Shown here piece after piece: positions 11,341 to 23,041 of a stretch of 64,000 nucleotides of DNA. The DNA comes from Histomonas meleagridis 2922-C6/04-290x. Its lineage: Eukaryota > Protista > Parabasalia. Location: NCBI GenBank assembly GCA_020184695.1, contig JAANOX010000280.1, positions 434,001-498,000 on the forward strand, in the 5' to 3' direction. Under the pieces are notes generated by a model. The model saw nothing but the letters and a program-made list of their open reading frames with translations. It did no database searches and was not told the origin of the DNA. The translations under genes and the position numbers were made by a program. Position 1 is the first letter of the stretch, and every line of letters begins with the position of its first letter.

Positions 11341-12843
11341 TCACTCGAGAGACATTAAAGCTTCTTCTCTTGATCTCGACTTCCTTTCAGACGTATAAAG
11401 TTCGGCCAACTTACCGAAAACATTCTGCATATATTCCATTCCATCTTCAGATTGCTTTTTCACTTGGCTCACAATCTGTTTTTTCTGGGATTTTACTTTG
11501 TTAATGAATTCGTCTCTTTTTCTTGAAGGTTTTATGTATAAATTATATTCTCTTGTATCAGTTTTCATGACAAAAGCACGATCGATCATTCTATCAATAG
11601 GGAACATAGAGAATCGAATTTGCGTTAATGGAACAGCATCATGATAAGTTAATTTGTTCGAAGAGAAAAGATGTTTCTCACGTTTTGTCGTTATTAATAA
11701 AATGTCGTTCATTACGAACATTACAACTGCACCAAGTAAATGGCCATCATTGATATCAACAAAATGAGCACGCGTTTGCATAAGATAACGTCGACCTGGC
11801 TTAAGAAGACACATAAAAATTGGAATTTTGTTAACACTTTCGGCAATTGTCAACAATTGCATTTGCGATGTTTGATCACTTTTCTCGGCATTCATCGTGG
11901 CACCGACTTCTGATATCATATCAAGCGCATCTTTGAACGCTTTGTTCTCATTTGGATATGTTTCGATTGGAAAATATTTGATGACACGTTCGAACAATAA
12001 TTTGTATCCGGCAATTCGCTGCGTCGGTAATATCAAAAGATCTTCGATTTCGCGGCATTTGGAACGTGGATTGAACAATGCCTCTTGAAGAAATTGATTG
12101 AACTTTCGATTCTTTTTTAGCTTCTTGAGAATAGCTTCAGAGTTCTCTGTAGCGCTAAGGTATTGTGGATATATTTGTTGGAACTTTGGGACAATTTCGA
12201 TGAACGCATTTGCTATTCGAAGATATACTTCATGACTTGGAAATGAACTACGAAGTTGTGGTGCGACTTCATCGATAACGTTGATAATTCCGAACTGGTG
12301 GACATCACGAATTTGATCAATGTTACCAAATAATTGACCGAGTGTAGATGAGTCAATTAATGGATTCTTCGATGTAATGGTGCGATCTAATGGTTTGTAG
12401 TATACTTCGTGACAAATTGATAGGGAATCGACATAGTTTCTTTCGGTTTCGATTAATTCACGGATAATACTACGCCGTTTAGTGTCTTTGGCTAATCGAA
12501 TTTGAACTACTGCGCGTTTAATAACACGTCTGATAATTCGAAGAGCACGTGCTTCTGTCATTTGAAGTTGTAATTTTTTGATATCTCCGGTTGAAAAAAC
12601 TTCTGTCCTCGGATATGGCATAATTGGTTCTATCTTCGGACGCGCTATTGTCTTTTTGATATCGCCTTCTTCGGAAGCTATTGCTGGGATTGCCGGATTT
12701 GATAGAATTGGCTTTAATGGTTTAACGCGTCTTGTGTGCCTACGCATTCGTGTCTTATGCGGTGGGTCAATTGGTGCTGGCGAGTCTTTAAGCGCGGAAG
12801 GAGGCACCAACATGGGACTTATTTTCGCTGGTGAACCAGACAT
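11341..12843 (-). CDS. Dbl-family RhoGEF (DH-PH)
   Basis: IIRELIETERNYVDSL and LLILPTQRIAGYKLLFERVIKY are DH motifs, followed by a PH-like region (VMFVMNDILLIT). Probable ATG at 12843. Confidence 0.88.
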   Translation of the reverse strand: MSGSPAKISPMLVPPSALKDSPAPIDPPHKTRMRRHTRRVKPLKPILSNPAIPAIASEEGDIKKTIARPKIEPIMPYPRTEVFSTGDIKKLQLQMTEARALRIIRRVIKRAVVQIRLAKDTKRRSIIRELIETERNYVDSLSICHEVYYKPLDRTITSKNPLIDSSTLGQLFGNIDQIRDVHQFGIINVIDEVAPQLRSSFPSHEVYLRIANAFIEIVPKFQQIYPQYLSATENSEAILKKLKKNRKFNQFLQEALFNPRSKCREIEDLLILPTQRIAGYKLLFERVIKYFPIETYPNENKAFKDALDMISEVGATMNAEKSDQTSQMQLLTIAESVNKIPIFMCLLKPGRRYLMQTRAHFVDINDGHLLGAVVMFVMNDILLITTKREKHLFSSNKLTYHDAVPLTQIRFSMFPIDRMIDRAFVMKTDTREYNLYIKPSRKRDEFINKVKSQKKQIVSQVKKQSEDGMEYMQNVFGKLAELYTSERKSRSREEALMSLE

Positions 12844-13212
12844 TTGCTTAAGGGTTGACACCTTCAGTACTCTGAAAAAGTTTAAAAAATTGAAATGAAT
12901 AGACACTGTCTTTTTGACGCTACCATTTGACTTGGAATAAACGTTCGCAAATAACCATCAAACTTCTGACAGTTCAAGCACAAAAATCATTTTCACGTAA
13001 TTTGTTACTGTTGTTAAACTTTTTGTTGCGAATGCGCTTTAGATTTAAACTTTTTATGTTTTGTGATATATTCGAAAATTACATTTCGAATTAGAAGGAA
13101 ATGGAAGTGTACACATAGTAAGGACACTATAAAGGATTTAAGTTTTAACGAAAAGGAAAAAAAATCGTTGGATTTGTGAAATTTTGTTGGTTAAAAATAC
13201 ATTTTATTAAAA

Positions 13213-13413
13213 TTACTGTGTGCCTACTTTCTGTTCTGCTTGTTTGGCTTGCATGCTTTGATAGTATTCTATCTGGGATGACATTTTTGAAACTTGTGAT
13301 TCTAATTGTTGGATTTGTTTTTCTAACTCTGATGTGACAGTTATGTAGTGGTGGTCGAGTTCATCTATTAGTTTTCTTTGTTCCATTATTTTCTCAGTCA
13401 ATTCCGAACTCAT
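13213..13413 (-). CDS. Small coiled-coil protein
   Basis: ORF with heptad pattern (LEKQIQQLESQVSKM); ATG at 13413. Confidence 0.45.
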   Translation of the reverse strand: MSSELTEKIMEQRKLIDELDHHYITVTSELEKQIQQLESQVSKMSSQIEYYQSMQAKQAEQKVGTQ

Positions 13414-13500
13414 TTTAAATTTGCTGTTGATCAAAAGTAAACGGTCAAAACTATCGGTTATTGAAATTTTATTAAAAGCCGGGGCACCCCAATGGATTGT

Positions 13501-15819
13501 TTAGAACAATTCCTTAAATATATCAGTTGACTTTGTGTTGTTATTTCTTTGTCCTCCATTTGTATATCCTCCAGAAAACTGTATGTTTTGTTGGTCATTA
13601 AATATATTTTGTGGTTGGTTATTGTTATTTTGGTCAAAAGTTGTAGTTGTCCAACTGAATCCTGCGTCGTCAACGTTGTTATTACTGTTTGATGTCATTC
13701 CCAACGTATTGTTTTGGTTCATTGTGTTCATGTTCTGTGAATTACTGCCAAATCCAAACGAATTGTTTTGATTTGACGCGTTTTGCGTGTATCCAAAAGT
13801 ATTATTCTTATTCATTGTACTCTGTGTATTATCAAATCCAAACGTATTATTACTTTGGCTTTGCGTGTTACTATTCATACCAAATGTGTTATTTTGATTA
13901 TTTGTTCTGAACGTATTACTTTGTGTATTACTTTGATTTGTTGATGCGCTTTGCGTGTTAGAGAACATTCCGAATATGTCGTCCAAGTCGTTGTTGCTTT
14001 TATTTTTCTGCACTCCAATTTTATTACTGTCGCCAAACACGTCGTCGATTATCGGGTTACTTTTAGTTTGCGCATTTTGTAAGTTTGGCGGCGCTTTGCT
14101 CTCATCAAACGGGTTATCGCTATCGAATTTACTTCTGCTTTCGAATGCCTTCGGCTCTTTATCCTCTTTAAATCTTTGGATCACCGAAACCATCCAATCG
14201 CACAAATTATCTTTTGATACCTCATTCAACACGTGAGTTCCAGCAATTTGTGCTGCAACAGGTATAGCTTTTCTCATTAATATTTCATGCGATGCCTTTA
14301 ACATTCGAAACAATTTAACTGTTGCCTCGCCAACGTTATTTGTTCTATTGTTTTCCCAAATTTTATTTAACTTGGGCAACATTTCAGATGCGAAATTGTC
14401 GTTGTTAATTTTGGGTAAACATTTAATTATGTTTTCAATAATCGAAGTGCAAATGTTGGAATCATTCGAATGCGATCCAAGCGCTAAAAGCTTTGGTAGA
14501 ATTAATTGATTTATATTCGTTTCATTCATTTCATCAATGAAATAACCAATGCTTTGAAGACATTCTTTATGTATTTTAGGATCATTAGTTTGAAGAGAAG
14601 TAACAATTATTGGAAATATGTAATCTTTATGATATCTCTTGTCAACTTTCTTGAGAATTATATTTAAGTTTCGTAATAATAAAATCGGAATTTCAATCGG
14701 AGTTGTGATTGTGGTTAAAAATGTTAACTTTATCCATATAACATTTAAAAAGTCATCATTAGACATCGATTCTCCGATAGTGATTATTGGCTTAATTAAA
14801 ACTGGCGCATATCGTACATCTGTTTTACATTCGCTTAAGAAAATGGGAAGTAATTTAATACGTTGAATATTTGGACTAAACTCATCAATCTTTGAAGATA
14901 ACCCTTTGTAGAATTTAAACTTATCCGCAGGTTCTTTAACAAGAATACTATCAATGTATTTAAGAGACTTGAATTGCATCGTCTGAAAAAGTGGTGATTG
15001 AATGATCTCTGAAAAAGTGGGCCGATTTGATGGATCAAATTGCAAACATCCTTTGATAAGTTCGAGAAAACCTTGCGGCGGACCATGAAGTGATGATACA
15101 AGAGTTGGCAAAGAACCAAGAATTTTATTGGGCGCGGTTTCAGTATTTAAACTTGTGCCTGTAAAACATGTATATGATAAAAGTCCAAATTCAAAAACAT
15201 CTGTTTTGGATGTGACGCCTTCATTATTAAGAATTTCAGGAGCATGATAACGTATGTCATTAAGAATGGTTGTTGATATAATTGATTTTGAAATTGGAGT
15301 GGGTTGACCCGTGGAAGAAAGAGCTACAGACCATTGGAAATTCCAAAGACGAATAGAAAAATCTTTTGTCAGCAAAATAGAATTTGGATTAATTCCAAGA
15401 TGTGCCATTTGTGCATCTTGATTTAAAAAATAAAGTGCTTCTGCAACTTGATATGAAATGTAAGCTGCATCTAAAGGATGCATTTTCTGGGTTTGGGAAG
15501 AAAGAATAGAAGAAACAGGTTCTGCTGAAAAACCTATTGGTGACTTTTCATTAACTTCATAAATTTTAAGAATTCTCGGATGACGCAGCTTCCTCATGTT
15601 CTGTATGGAAAGGAGTGCCAGTTTTGTATATTGATCTCTATCTGCTTTTCTAGAATACTTTTTTTGAAAATATTCAGTATTAATTATCCATAATGAAACT
15701 TCTTCTCCTGTTGTTTTATGCGTGGCTGAGTGAACATTCCAGACATCTGTTTGAAATATTGGTTGAATGTTGTTATAATTTGTGGATAGCTGTACGCCCA
15801 TTTCTGTGAAAAGTGGCAA
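13501..15819 (-). CDS. SCY1-like (SCYL2/CVAK104-type) pseudokinase with HEAT repeats and an N/Q-rich tail
   Basis: MRKLRHPRILK, HLGINPNSILL and DIRYHAPE; EPADKFKFYKGL at the start of the HEAT region; tail with NPF and DxF-type motifs. Confidence 0.85.
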   Translation of the reverse strand: MPLFTEMGVQLSTNYNNIQPIFQTDVWNVHSATHKTTGEEVSLWIINTEYFQKKYSRKADRDQYTKLALLSIQNMRKLRHPRILKIYEVNEKSPIGFSAEPVSSILSSQTQKMHPLDAAYISYQVAEALYFLNQDAQMAHLGINPNSILLTKDFSIRLWNFQWSVALSSTGQPTPISKSIISTTILNDIRYHAPEILNNEGVTSKTDVFEFGLLSYTCFTGTSLNTETAPNKILGSLPTLVSSLHGPPQGFLELIKGCLQFDPSNRPTFSEIIQSPLFQTMQFKSLKYIDSILVKEPADKFKFYKGLSSKIDEFSPNIQRIKLLPIFLSECKTDVRYAPVLIKPIITIGESMSNDDFLNVIWIKLTFLTTITTPIEIPILLLRNLNIILKKVDKRYHKDYIFPIIVTSLQTNDPKIHKECLQSIGYFIDEMNETNINQLILPKLLALGSHSNDSNICTSIIENIIKCLPKINNDNFASEMLPKLNKIWENNRTNNVGEATVKLFRMLKASHEILMRKAIPVAAQIAGTHVLNEVSKDNLCDWMVSVIQRFKEDKEPKAFESRSKFDSDNPFDESKAPPNLQNAQTKSNPIIDDVFGDSNKIGVQKNKSNNDLDDIFGMFSNTQSASTNQSNTQSNTFRTNNQNNTFGMNSNTQSQSNNTFGFDNTQSTMNKNNTFGYTQNASNQNNSFGFGSNSQNMNTMNQNNTLGMTSNSNNNVDDAGFSWTTTTFDQNNNNQPQNIFNDQQNIQFSGGYTNGGQRNNNTKSTDIFKELF

Positions 15820-16697
15820 TGTATCGGCAATTTCCCACCGAAAATTTTTAAAGATGTATTTAATAAAATAAAGATATTTTATATATTATATAAAGTCTAC
15901 TAATGTCTTTTTAATTATCCCTAATGTCAGTCGATCTAAATTTTATTTTTTGATACGTGATAAATTATGTTTAAAAGATCTTCTCATTTTCTGACTTTTT
16001 TTATACATCAAACCTTTTCCGAAATGTTATGTTATTGTTTATCAAATATAATAGCTATAATTTCTGAATTTCTCACCTAGATATGATGAAAATTGATTGC
16101 CAAACTATTTAAAAAGTGTCATTATAATTTCAATGGGGGAATAAACCCATTGACTGCTTTACAATACACAGAGTTCAGAATCTGAGAAAAAGTGACATTT
16201 TTCGATTGCAGATTGACAGTTATTTTGAATTAAAAAAACGGTTCACGGTAAATGATTGCCTTCAAAACTGATGAAAAATTTCAATGACAACGATAAAAAT
16301 GAAACGAAAAAACCCGATGATCAACTCACAAGTTTAACATAGCTCATTGATTATTGAGAAATTTTATAACATTATTTCATTATATGCTCATGAAGATAAA
16401 AAACTAGATTCGTCAAAAAGCATATAGAAATACAAATCGTATGCTATGAACATCTTGATATTTAAAAATTGATGTATAAGAATTGTGACTGTATTATTTT
16501 ATTGTGTTTATTTAAAGCAATAATTCTATCAAATTACTTCTTATTTATAGTTAAAATTTCATATTCAAACTTCTGCAGCTTCTATCATTTTATGTTTCCT
16601 GCACACAGTTGTAAAACGAGCTTTCAAAAAAATTCGGTTTCTACGGTTTTAATATCAAAACCTCAAAAAACGGTTTTTCACTTGGTGGGGTTGAAGA

Positions 16698-18017
16698 ATG
16701 TTGTCGAACACTTTCGAGACTCTTACCCGGATAAACGAAGAATTTGAAAAGGGCTTCACATCTGCTTCCTCATTAGCAAAATTAATGGGTTGTAATGAAG
16801 AAGGCATATATGGTGCAAAACGTACATTCAGCTATAATCCAAATTCCCAAACAATATTAGAATTATACCCAGAATTTGAGCCACTTGTTGATAAGGTCTC
16901 TGACCTCATTCAAAGTCTTAGTCGCAAACTTGATGAAGATTCTAATAATTCTCAGTTATGGAAAACATTAGGGTATTGTTATTTAACACTTGGCGACTTT
17001 CCGAAAGCATTTTCAACCTCACTTCGAGTTTCTGCTGATCAAAATGATCCCACTTTTTTATATGCACTTGGGATAATTTATTCCCATTACAAATATTTTG
17101 ATAACTCCATCAATTGTTTCCAGCAAGTATTACAAATTTCTCCCAATTCCATATTTTCTTCCGAAATTAATTTTCTCTTTGGAATTATTTATCGCAAAGT
17201 CCAAAAGTATGATTTCTCTCTTATCTATTTCCAAAAGTCGCTTGATTCACCACCAAATGGTCTCTTACCTGAAGATGTTCAAATGCAAATAGCATATACA
17301 TATCAATTTACTGATCGTTCTTCCCTTAGCAATGACATATACAGTAACATTTACAGCAAATATCCCAAATCCCAATCCTTTTTACAACAATATTGTTTAT
17401 ACTTATTCATCCAAAGCAAAGGTATTAACGCCGAATCATTACGTTCGTTATTATCATACTCATTAAACCTCTATCCGAATGATCCCACGTTTCTATTGAT
17501 ATCGTCACGCTTAGCGATGCTCCAAAACGACACAACCACAGCTTATGAAAATTTGATTTCTTGTGTAAACTATTGTAATGATGCGCCATCGTTCTGGTGT
17601 GAACTTGGCACGTTATATTATCGCAATGATCAAATCAATGACGCGTACATTGCGTTCCAAAAGGCCCTCGATTTAAATCCCGACTTTTTCGAGCCGTATT
17701 TAAACATGGGATTAATATATGAGCAACGGAACCAATACCAAAACGCAAACCAATTGTATATTACGGCACAACAAAAGTTCCCTAATAACCCGATAATTAA
17801 CGAGAGAATCGCTTCGAATAACTCGAAACTAAATAATAAACAAAGACCTCAACTGATGTGCGTGAAAGATACAAAACTAATTCCTTCTTCTGTGGAGGAA
17901 TTCTCGGAAATCTATTTGATGGCCACTCCAAAATTACCAGCGGAATGCTTTGGGAATTGTGAAATGGCTGACGAATTCGCGAAATTGTCTTCGTATCCAA
18001 AGTCTTTCTTTAAGTAA
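16698..18017 (+). CDS. TPR-repeat protein (Ssn6/Cyc8-like); first ATG at 16785
   Basis: TPR motifs LWKTLGYCYLTLGDFPKAF and FWCELGTLYYRNDQINDAYIAFQKALDLNP. Confidence 0.8.
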   Translation: MLSNTFETLTRINEEFEKGFTSASSLAKLMGCNEEGIYGAKRTFSYNPNSQTILELYPEFEPLVDKVSDLIQSLSRKLDEDSNNSQLWKTLGYCYLTLGDFPKAFSTSLRVSADQNDPTFLYALGIIYSHYKYFDNSINCFQQVLQISPNSIFSSEINFLFGIIYRKVQKYDFSLIYFQKSLDSPPNGLLPEDVQMQIAYTYQFTDRSSLSNDIYSNIYSKYPKSQSFLQQYCLYLFIQSKGINAESLRSLLSYSLNLYPNDPTFLLISSRLAMLQNDTTTAYENLISCVNYCNDAPSFWCELGTLYYRNDQINDAYIAFQKALDLNPDFFEPYLNMGLIYEQRNQYQNANQLYITAQQKFPNNPIINERIASNNSKLNNKQRPQLMCVKDTKLIPSSVEEFSEIYLMATPKLPAECFGNCEMADEFAKLSSYPKSFFK

Positions 18018-18380
18018 ATTGTTAAAATAAGAAAAATTTGTATAGTTAAATTTGAAAAAATTCTTATTGAAAGACAATAAAACTAATTAATTAATGTGAC
18101 AATATAAAAATTTCAAAAAATATGCTTAAAGTATTCGTTTTTTGGTGGTTTTTGTTAATGACAAATCAAAAATTCCGGTCGAGTGGCACTTTTTATGATG
18201 TTTGCAACTTTTGTATACTATAAACAATTTCAATAGAAAATTGAGAGGCTTTCAATTTTGAAATCTTTGAAGACCACTATTAAAAGTAAAAAGTGGTGTT
18301 GTCATCTGAAAATTTGACATAAATAACGGTTTCATAACAGTTATTGAAATTTTTCATATCAAATATCATCGAATATCAAA

Positions 18381-21300
18381 ATGAGAAAAAGGGATGAATT
18401 GATTGATTTTCAAGCAATCAATATACCTGCTGAATTCGCAGATCAACCAGCATTCCAAAAATCTAATAATAACAAAGAAAAAAAAAAATCATGGCAACAA
18501 CCAAATTCTCATGCGGTATTTCAAAATGCTAAAAATCCTCAAAAGAACGAGTTGTCAGAATCATTACAAGATTTTATGCAACTTAATTCAAGTCCAAAAG
18601 TTGTAGTTGTGAAATCTCTTGCTTCTACCCCTGGAAGAAGTGTAATTAAAAAATCTAACCATAGTATGATAATACCACCAATGTCTTCCACCAACAAACT
18701 CCCAGAAATTTCACTAATTAGTAGTAATGATATAAATGAAAATAAGCCAACCATTAAAAAATCACACAGCTTTATAATTCCACCAGCGCCAAGTTCCTGT
18801 GATGAGAAAAGAAGTAGTTCAAATATGCTTAAATTTTCATCTGATGATAAGATCAAAAGTTCGATCTTAGAAAACATTAATAATGAAGACGAAAAAAATG
18901 ACTTCAAAAGCAAAGAAGGCTTATCGCCGCTCGAAGATGAAGAAAGCAAGCCAAAGAAAAGGTCGAAAAGATCAAATTCCAAAATCAAAGAAGAAAAGAA
19001 CAAAGCGAAAAACGAAAGCAACGAAAATTCCTCGAAGAAAAAATCGGGAAAAAACAAACGAAAAGAACCAAAGGAACCGAAAGAAGAATATTTCTCGTCA
19101 ATCGAAGAATACAAAGAACAAAATTCGAATTTAAGTAAAACCAAATCGAAATCAGAAGAAATATTTATAGATAATTCGGAAAACATAAAGAAGAGAAATA
19201 AGAAGAAAAAAGAAGAAAAAGAAATCGATTATGAGAAAAACGTAAACAATGAATTTAAAGATTTAATCATAAACAAAAGTAACGAATTAATTAAAGAAAA
19301 ACCAAATAAAGTAAATAATATGGATAAAACTAAAGAAGAAATTGAACAAAATAAAGAAAATGAAAGTAATAGTAAAAAAAGAATTAAGAAAAAGAGAAAG
19401 GTAATCAAAAACGTGGTAAAACTAAAACGAGTTTCACCTGAAAAAACTAAAAAGAAATCAAAACGAAATAAATCCATTGGGAATGTTGAAGAAAATGATT
19501 CAAGTTCAAATGAAGAAAATGAAGCAAAACCAAAGAAGAAACCTAAAAAGATTAAAATAGTTGAAAATGTTGATGAAAATAATAATAAATTAAATGAAAA
19601 CATTGAAGAAACTTCATCAAATTCAAATATAAAATCTAAAAGTAACAAATCAAGTGAAAACAATGAAATTAAAGCGGAGGAAAGTGAATCAAAATTCAAG
19701 AAATTCTTTAAGAAGAAAAGTAAAAAGAGTAAATCAGTTGACATTGATGAAACTTCTTCAACTTCAAATAAGAAATCTCCAAGCAAAAACGAAAGCATTG
19801 ATACAAATACAGAAGAGAAAGAGTCGAAATTCAAGAAATTCTTTAAGAAAAAGAACAAAAAAAGTAAATCAGTTGACGATAATGAAGTTAATATTGAAGA
19901 AAATGAATCGAATTCAAATGTAACAACGCCAAAGAAGAACAGAAAGAACGAATCAAATGAAAATATTAACATTGAAGAAAATGAATCGAATTCAAATGTC
20001 GAAATAAACACTGAAGAGAAAGAGTCGAAATTCAAGAAATTCTTTAAGAAGAAGAACAAAAGTAATAACAAATCAAACGAAAACATTAACATCGAAGAAA
20101 CGTCATCGACGACAAATTCAAATGTAAAATCCAAAAAAGAAATCCAAACAAATGAAACAGAAGACAATGTAACTAATGAAGAAACCAAATCGAAGACAAA
20201 GAAGAAGAAGTTACGAAAGAAGAGCAAAAACAAATCGAAAGAAGTTATAAACATTGAAGACAACGAAGCAACTAAAGAAGAAAACGAAACCAAACCGAAG
20301 AAGTTATTACGTAAAAAGAACAAAACGAATGAAAACATCGAAACAAACAACGAAGAGAACGAATCGAAACTCAAGAAGTTCTTCAAAAAGAACAAAACTA
20401 ATAATGAAGATGCTGAAAGTAAAACGAATAAAAAGCAAAAAATCATCATCAACAAGAACAAGATAATTGTTGAAGAACAAAACAAGCCAACAAATGAAGA
20501 AGAACAAAACATAAGTTCGAACGAAGATGCGACGAGTGATACGAAGAAATATTTAATGGTTCAGCAGCAAGTGCAAAGTTTAGATTCATATTATGATAGT
20601 GCAATTGATCAATATCGCAGTGAGCCAATAATGCCATCGTTTAATCGAATCGTTAAAGTTAATGATGATAATATGCAAAAACATAACGAAGACAAAAGCA
20701 TCAAATCGAACTCTGAAATGGATGAAAATGTTAAACATCATAAAAGACATCATAAAAAACATCAAAGAAATGTACAACAAAATGAAAATATTTCGTTCCC
20801 AAATCTAAGTAGAACAAGAAGATTTAGTTCTGGTACAGATCTTAGAGCTTCTTATACTGAAGGAGAAAAGTTATTAACGAAGCCAATTCTAACCAAAAAA
20901 GATATACCCGCAATACAGAAAAGTGACTACATTAATCTTAACAAATCCTCAGAAATATTATTGAGTGATTTCCCAACTTTCCAAAACAATAACGATGAAA
21001 GTCAAAAAGTGGCAGAGCATAAGACCGTTTATAACATCGCCGATAGACAACCGTCGCCGTCACAATTTGTTGCTCGAGTTCATGTAACAAGTATTGATTC
21101 ATTCTTTGATAATGAGAAGGAATCGGTTGTAAATGCATTTACTTTTAAAGAAGCAGATGATACTCGCTTAAAAAGGGATATTGAAAAACTTTCAAATGAA
21201 TGTAATGATGTTGAAAATGATTTAGATAATATGTTAATTAGATCCGATAATTATCTGGATAACGTGTCATATAAAAGGAAATCAGCTGAAGAAACACATG

Positions 21301-21590
21301 AAATTTCAAATAATGTGTTACGCGAATGTAAAGAAATGAAAAATATTACAAACGAATCGAAAGAATCAATTTTGGATCGAAGCAAAATAAGTACAACAAT
21401 TAGAAACATTAATGCAATAGTCGCATTCATATTTTGGACAATTGTAAATTTGTTGCATTTCTTCGCAAGATTATTAACAGGAGGAGAAAGAAAACAAAAC
21501 AAAACAAACACACTGAAACAGGTCCAGGAGAAGTTCGATGTGACATTTAAGAGTATTTCGGATAAGAAAAAATTGGAAGAATGGAAGTGA
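18381..21590 (+). CDS. Large K/E/N/S-rich low-complexity protein with internal repeats, a C-terminal coiled coil and a hydrophobic segment
   Basis: 1069-aa ORF with a repeated EExESKFKKFFKKK motif and IVAFIFWTIVNLLHFF near the C-terminus. Confidence 0.75.
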   Translation: MRKRDELIDFQAINIPAEFADQPAFQKSNNNKEKKKSWQQPNSHAVFQNAKNPQKNELSESLQDFMQLNSSPKVVVVKSLASTPGRSVIKKSNHSMIIPPMSSTNKLPEISLISSNDINENKPTIKKSHSFIIPPAPSSCDEKRSSSNMLKFSSDDKIKSSILENINNEDEKNDFKSKEGLSPLEDEESKPKKRSKRSNSKIKEEKNKAKNESNENSSKKKSGKNKRKEPKEPKEEYFSSIEEYKEQNSNLSKTKSKSEEIFIDNSENIKKRNKKKKEEKEIDYEKNVNNEFKDLIINKSNELIKEKPNKVNNMDKTKEEIEQNKENESNSKKRIKKKRKVIKNVVKLKRVSPEKTKKKSKRNKSIGNVEENDSSSNEENEAKPKKKPKKIKIVENVDENNNKLNENIEETSSNSNIKSKSNKSSENNEIKAEESESKFKKFFKKKSKKSKSVDIDETSSTSNKKSPSKNESIDTNTEEKESKFKKFFKKKNKKSKSVDDNEVNIEENESNSNVTTPKKNRKNESNENINIEENESNSNVEINTEEKESKFKKFFKKKNKSNNKSNENINIEETSSTTNSNVKSKKEIQTNETEDNVTNEETKSKTKKKKLRKKSKNKSKEVINIEDNEATKEENETKPKKLLRKKNKTNENIETNNEENESKLKKFFKKNKTNNEDAESKTNKKQKIIINKNKIIVEEQNKPTNEEEQNISSNEDATSDTKKYLMVQQQVQSLDSYYDSAIDQYRSEPIMPSFNRIVKVNDDNMQKHNEDKSIKSNSEMDENVKHHKRHHKKHQRNVQQNENISFPNLSRTRRFSSGTDLRASYTEGEKLLTKPILTKKDIPAIQKSDYINLNKSSEILLSDFPTFQNNNDESQKVAEHKTVYNIADRQPSPSQFVARVHVTSIDSFFDNEKESVVNAFTFKEADDTRLKRDIEKLSNECNDVENDLDNMLIRSDNYLDNVSYKRKSAEETHEISNNVLRECKEMKNITNESKESILDRSKISTTIRNINAIVAFIFWTIVNLLHFFARLLTGGERKQNKTNTLKQVQEKFDVTFKSISDKKKLEEWK

Positions 21591-21894
21591 TTGTGTATAA
21601 TAAATAAAAATTTGTATATTTTTTTAATTTTTTTTTGTTAATAAACACTAAAATGCAAAATAAAATAAAACATTTTATGAGTTATTTGCTTTTAATAAAT
21701 AAAAATTTGTATACTTTTAAATAAATTTTGGACATATTATTAAGAATTCTAAATTTTATGCAGGAGAAAACAAGAACGATTTTATGTAAGGTTCAATTTA
21801 ATTTGATCGTTTATCTATTCAAATGTTGGGGCGCCCCAATACACCTTATGAAGTGAATTCAATTGCACACATTGAAATAAACGTTCGTTAAAGA

Positions 21895-22278
21895 ATGAGT
21901 GAATGCTCAGTGGAGAACTTAAGAGAATTACTCGATGTAATAACAGGCTATGGACTTAGCAGCGCAATTGTAGATTCTGAAAAATTTGTAGTGGTTTCAA
22001 CACCAGGCTTTCTGATAACTCAAAAAGATATTTCTGCATTGTTTGCATTGTTCGAAACAAACAATGTTGAACCTTACTTTGGTTTTAAATTCCAAATGGA
22101 AGATTATGTTATCACAAAATCAAATTCAGAATTGATAATTGGAACAAATTCAAATGCTGATTTAGTGTTGCGTAAACTGAAATCATTTATGGTTTTAATT
22201 TATTTGGAGAAGAGGCGTGCAAGTATTGATGATGCACTCAAAAAAATAGATAATTTGGTGGAAATAAATAAATTATGA
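21895..22278 (+). CDS. Profilin-like protein
   Basis: 127 aa; the size and strand/helix pattern (SAIV..., GFKFQMEDYVITK, LIIG, FMVLIY) resemble profilin. Confidence 0.55.
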   Translation: MSECSVENLRELLDVITGYGLSSAIVDSEKFVVVSTPGFLITQKDISALFALFETNNVEPYFGFKFQMEDYVITKSNSELIIGTNSNADLVLRKLKSFMVLIYLEKRRASIDDALKKIDNLVEINKL

Positions 22279-23041
22279 TTCTTCAAGTACATCAAGCTAT
22301 GCTTAAAATACATAATCAATATAACAGTAATACCATAATTAATAAATTAATAAAAATATTTTGTTGGATTTTTAAGAAAATGATGTTTGAAAGTTCTCAT
22401 TTAGACTTTGATCATGACAATATATCTACTATTCTCGGCATTGTTTGAGATTTCGTGTTTTAACAAATTTTGCTACTTCATTCAATTTTTTTCCATAAAT
22501 ACGAACATCTTCCTCAATCGTCATTTTCATCTTGGCTAAATGCTCCTTTCTTTATTCATGAAATGATTCTATAGATAAATAATAATATAATTCATTGTTT
22601 TCTATATCCACCAATTTTTGTGATTTGATGCATTCGATTCTAAACAGTTAATCAAATCCCAAATAAAAAATAAAAATTTTTCAACCAAAGAAACCGTTTA
22701 AAATGTTGGGGTTTGAATCTTCAAAAATATCTTTTTTCCTTTTATTTTATATTAGGTTGAATATGTTTTGATTGAAAAACAAACTATAACTCTTCATGGA
22801 TTTTTCGCGTATTTAGTATTTATATGATCATTAGCTGATTTTTTGAAAAATTGCATTCCATAAAATTGGTAAGGGGGATTTTAATCAAACCTTAATGTTG
22901 TATTCACGTTTCTATAGGTTGCTTATATTTTGAGTTAGGCTTAATGTTACCTTGATGGGGTCTCAAAACTCAATTGTTTGTTCAATTGACACTTTTGAAT
23001 TAATGAAAGTCAAATTTCCACTATAGTTGAAATCTTTACAA

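Noticed and set aside
18539-20512. Long antisense ORFs (18539-19186, 19229-20512) and other shadow ORFs over enolase, actin and PLB
   Set aside because: They are F/L/S-rich mirror translations of biased sense-strand codons, with no independent protein features.
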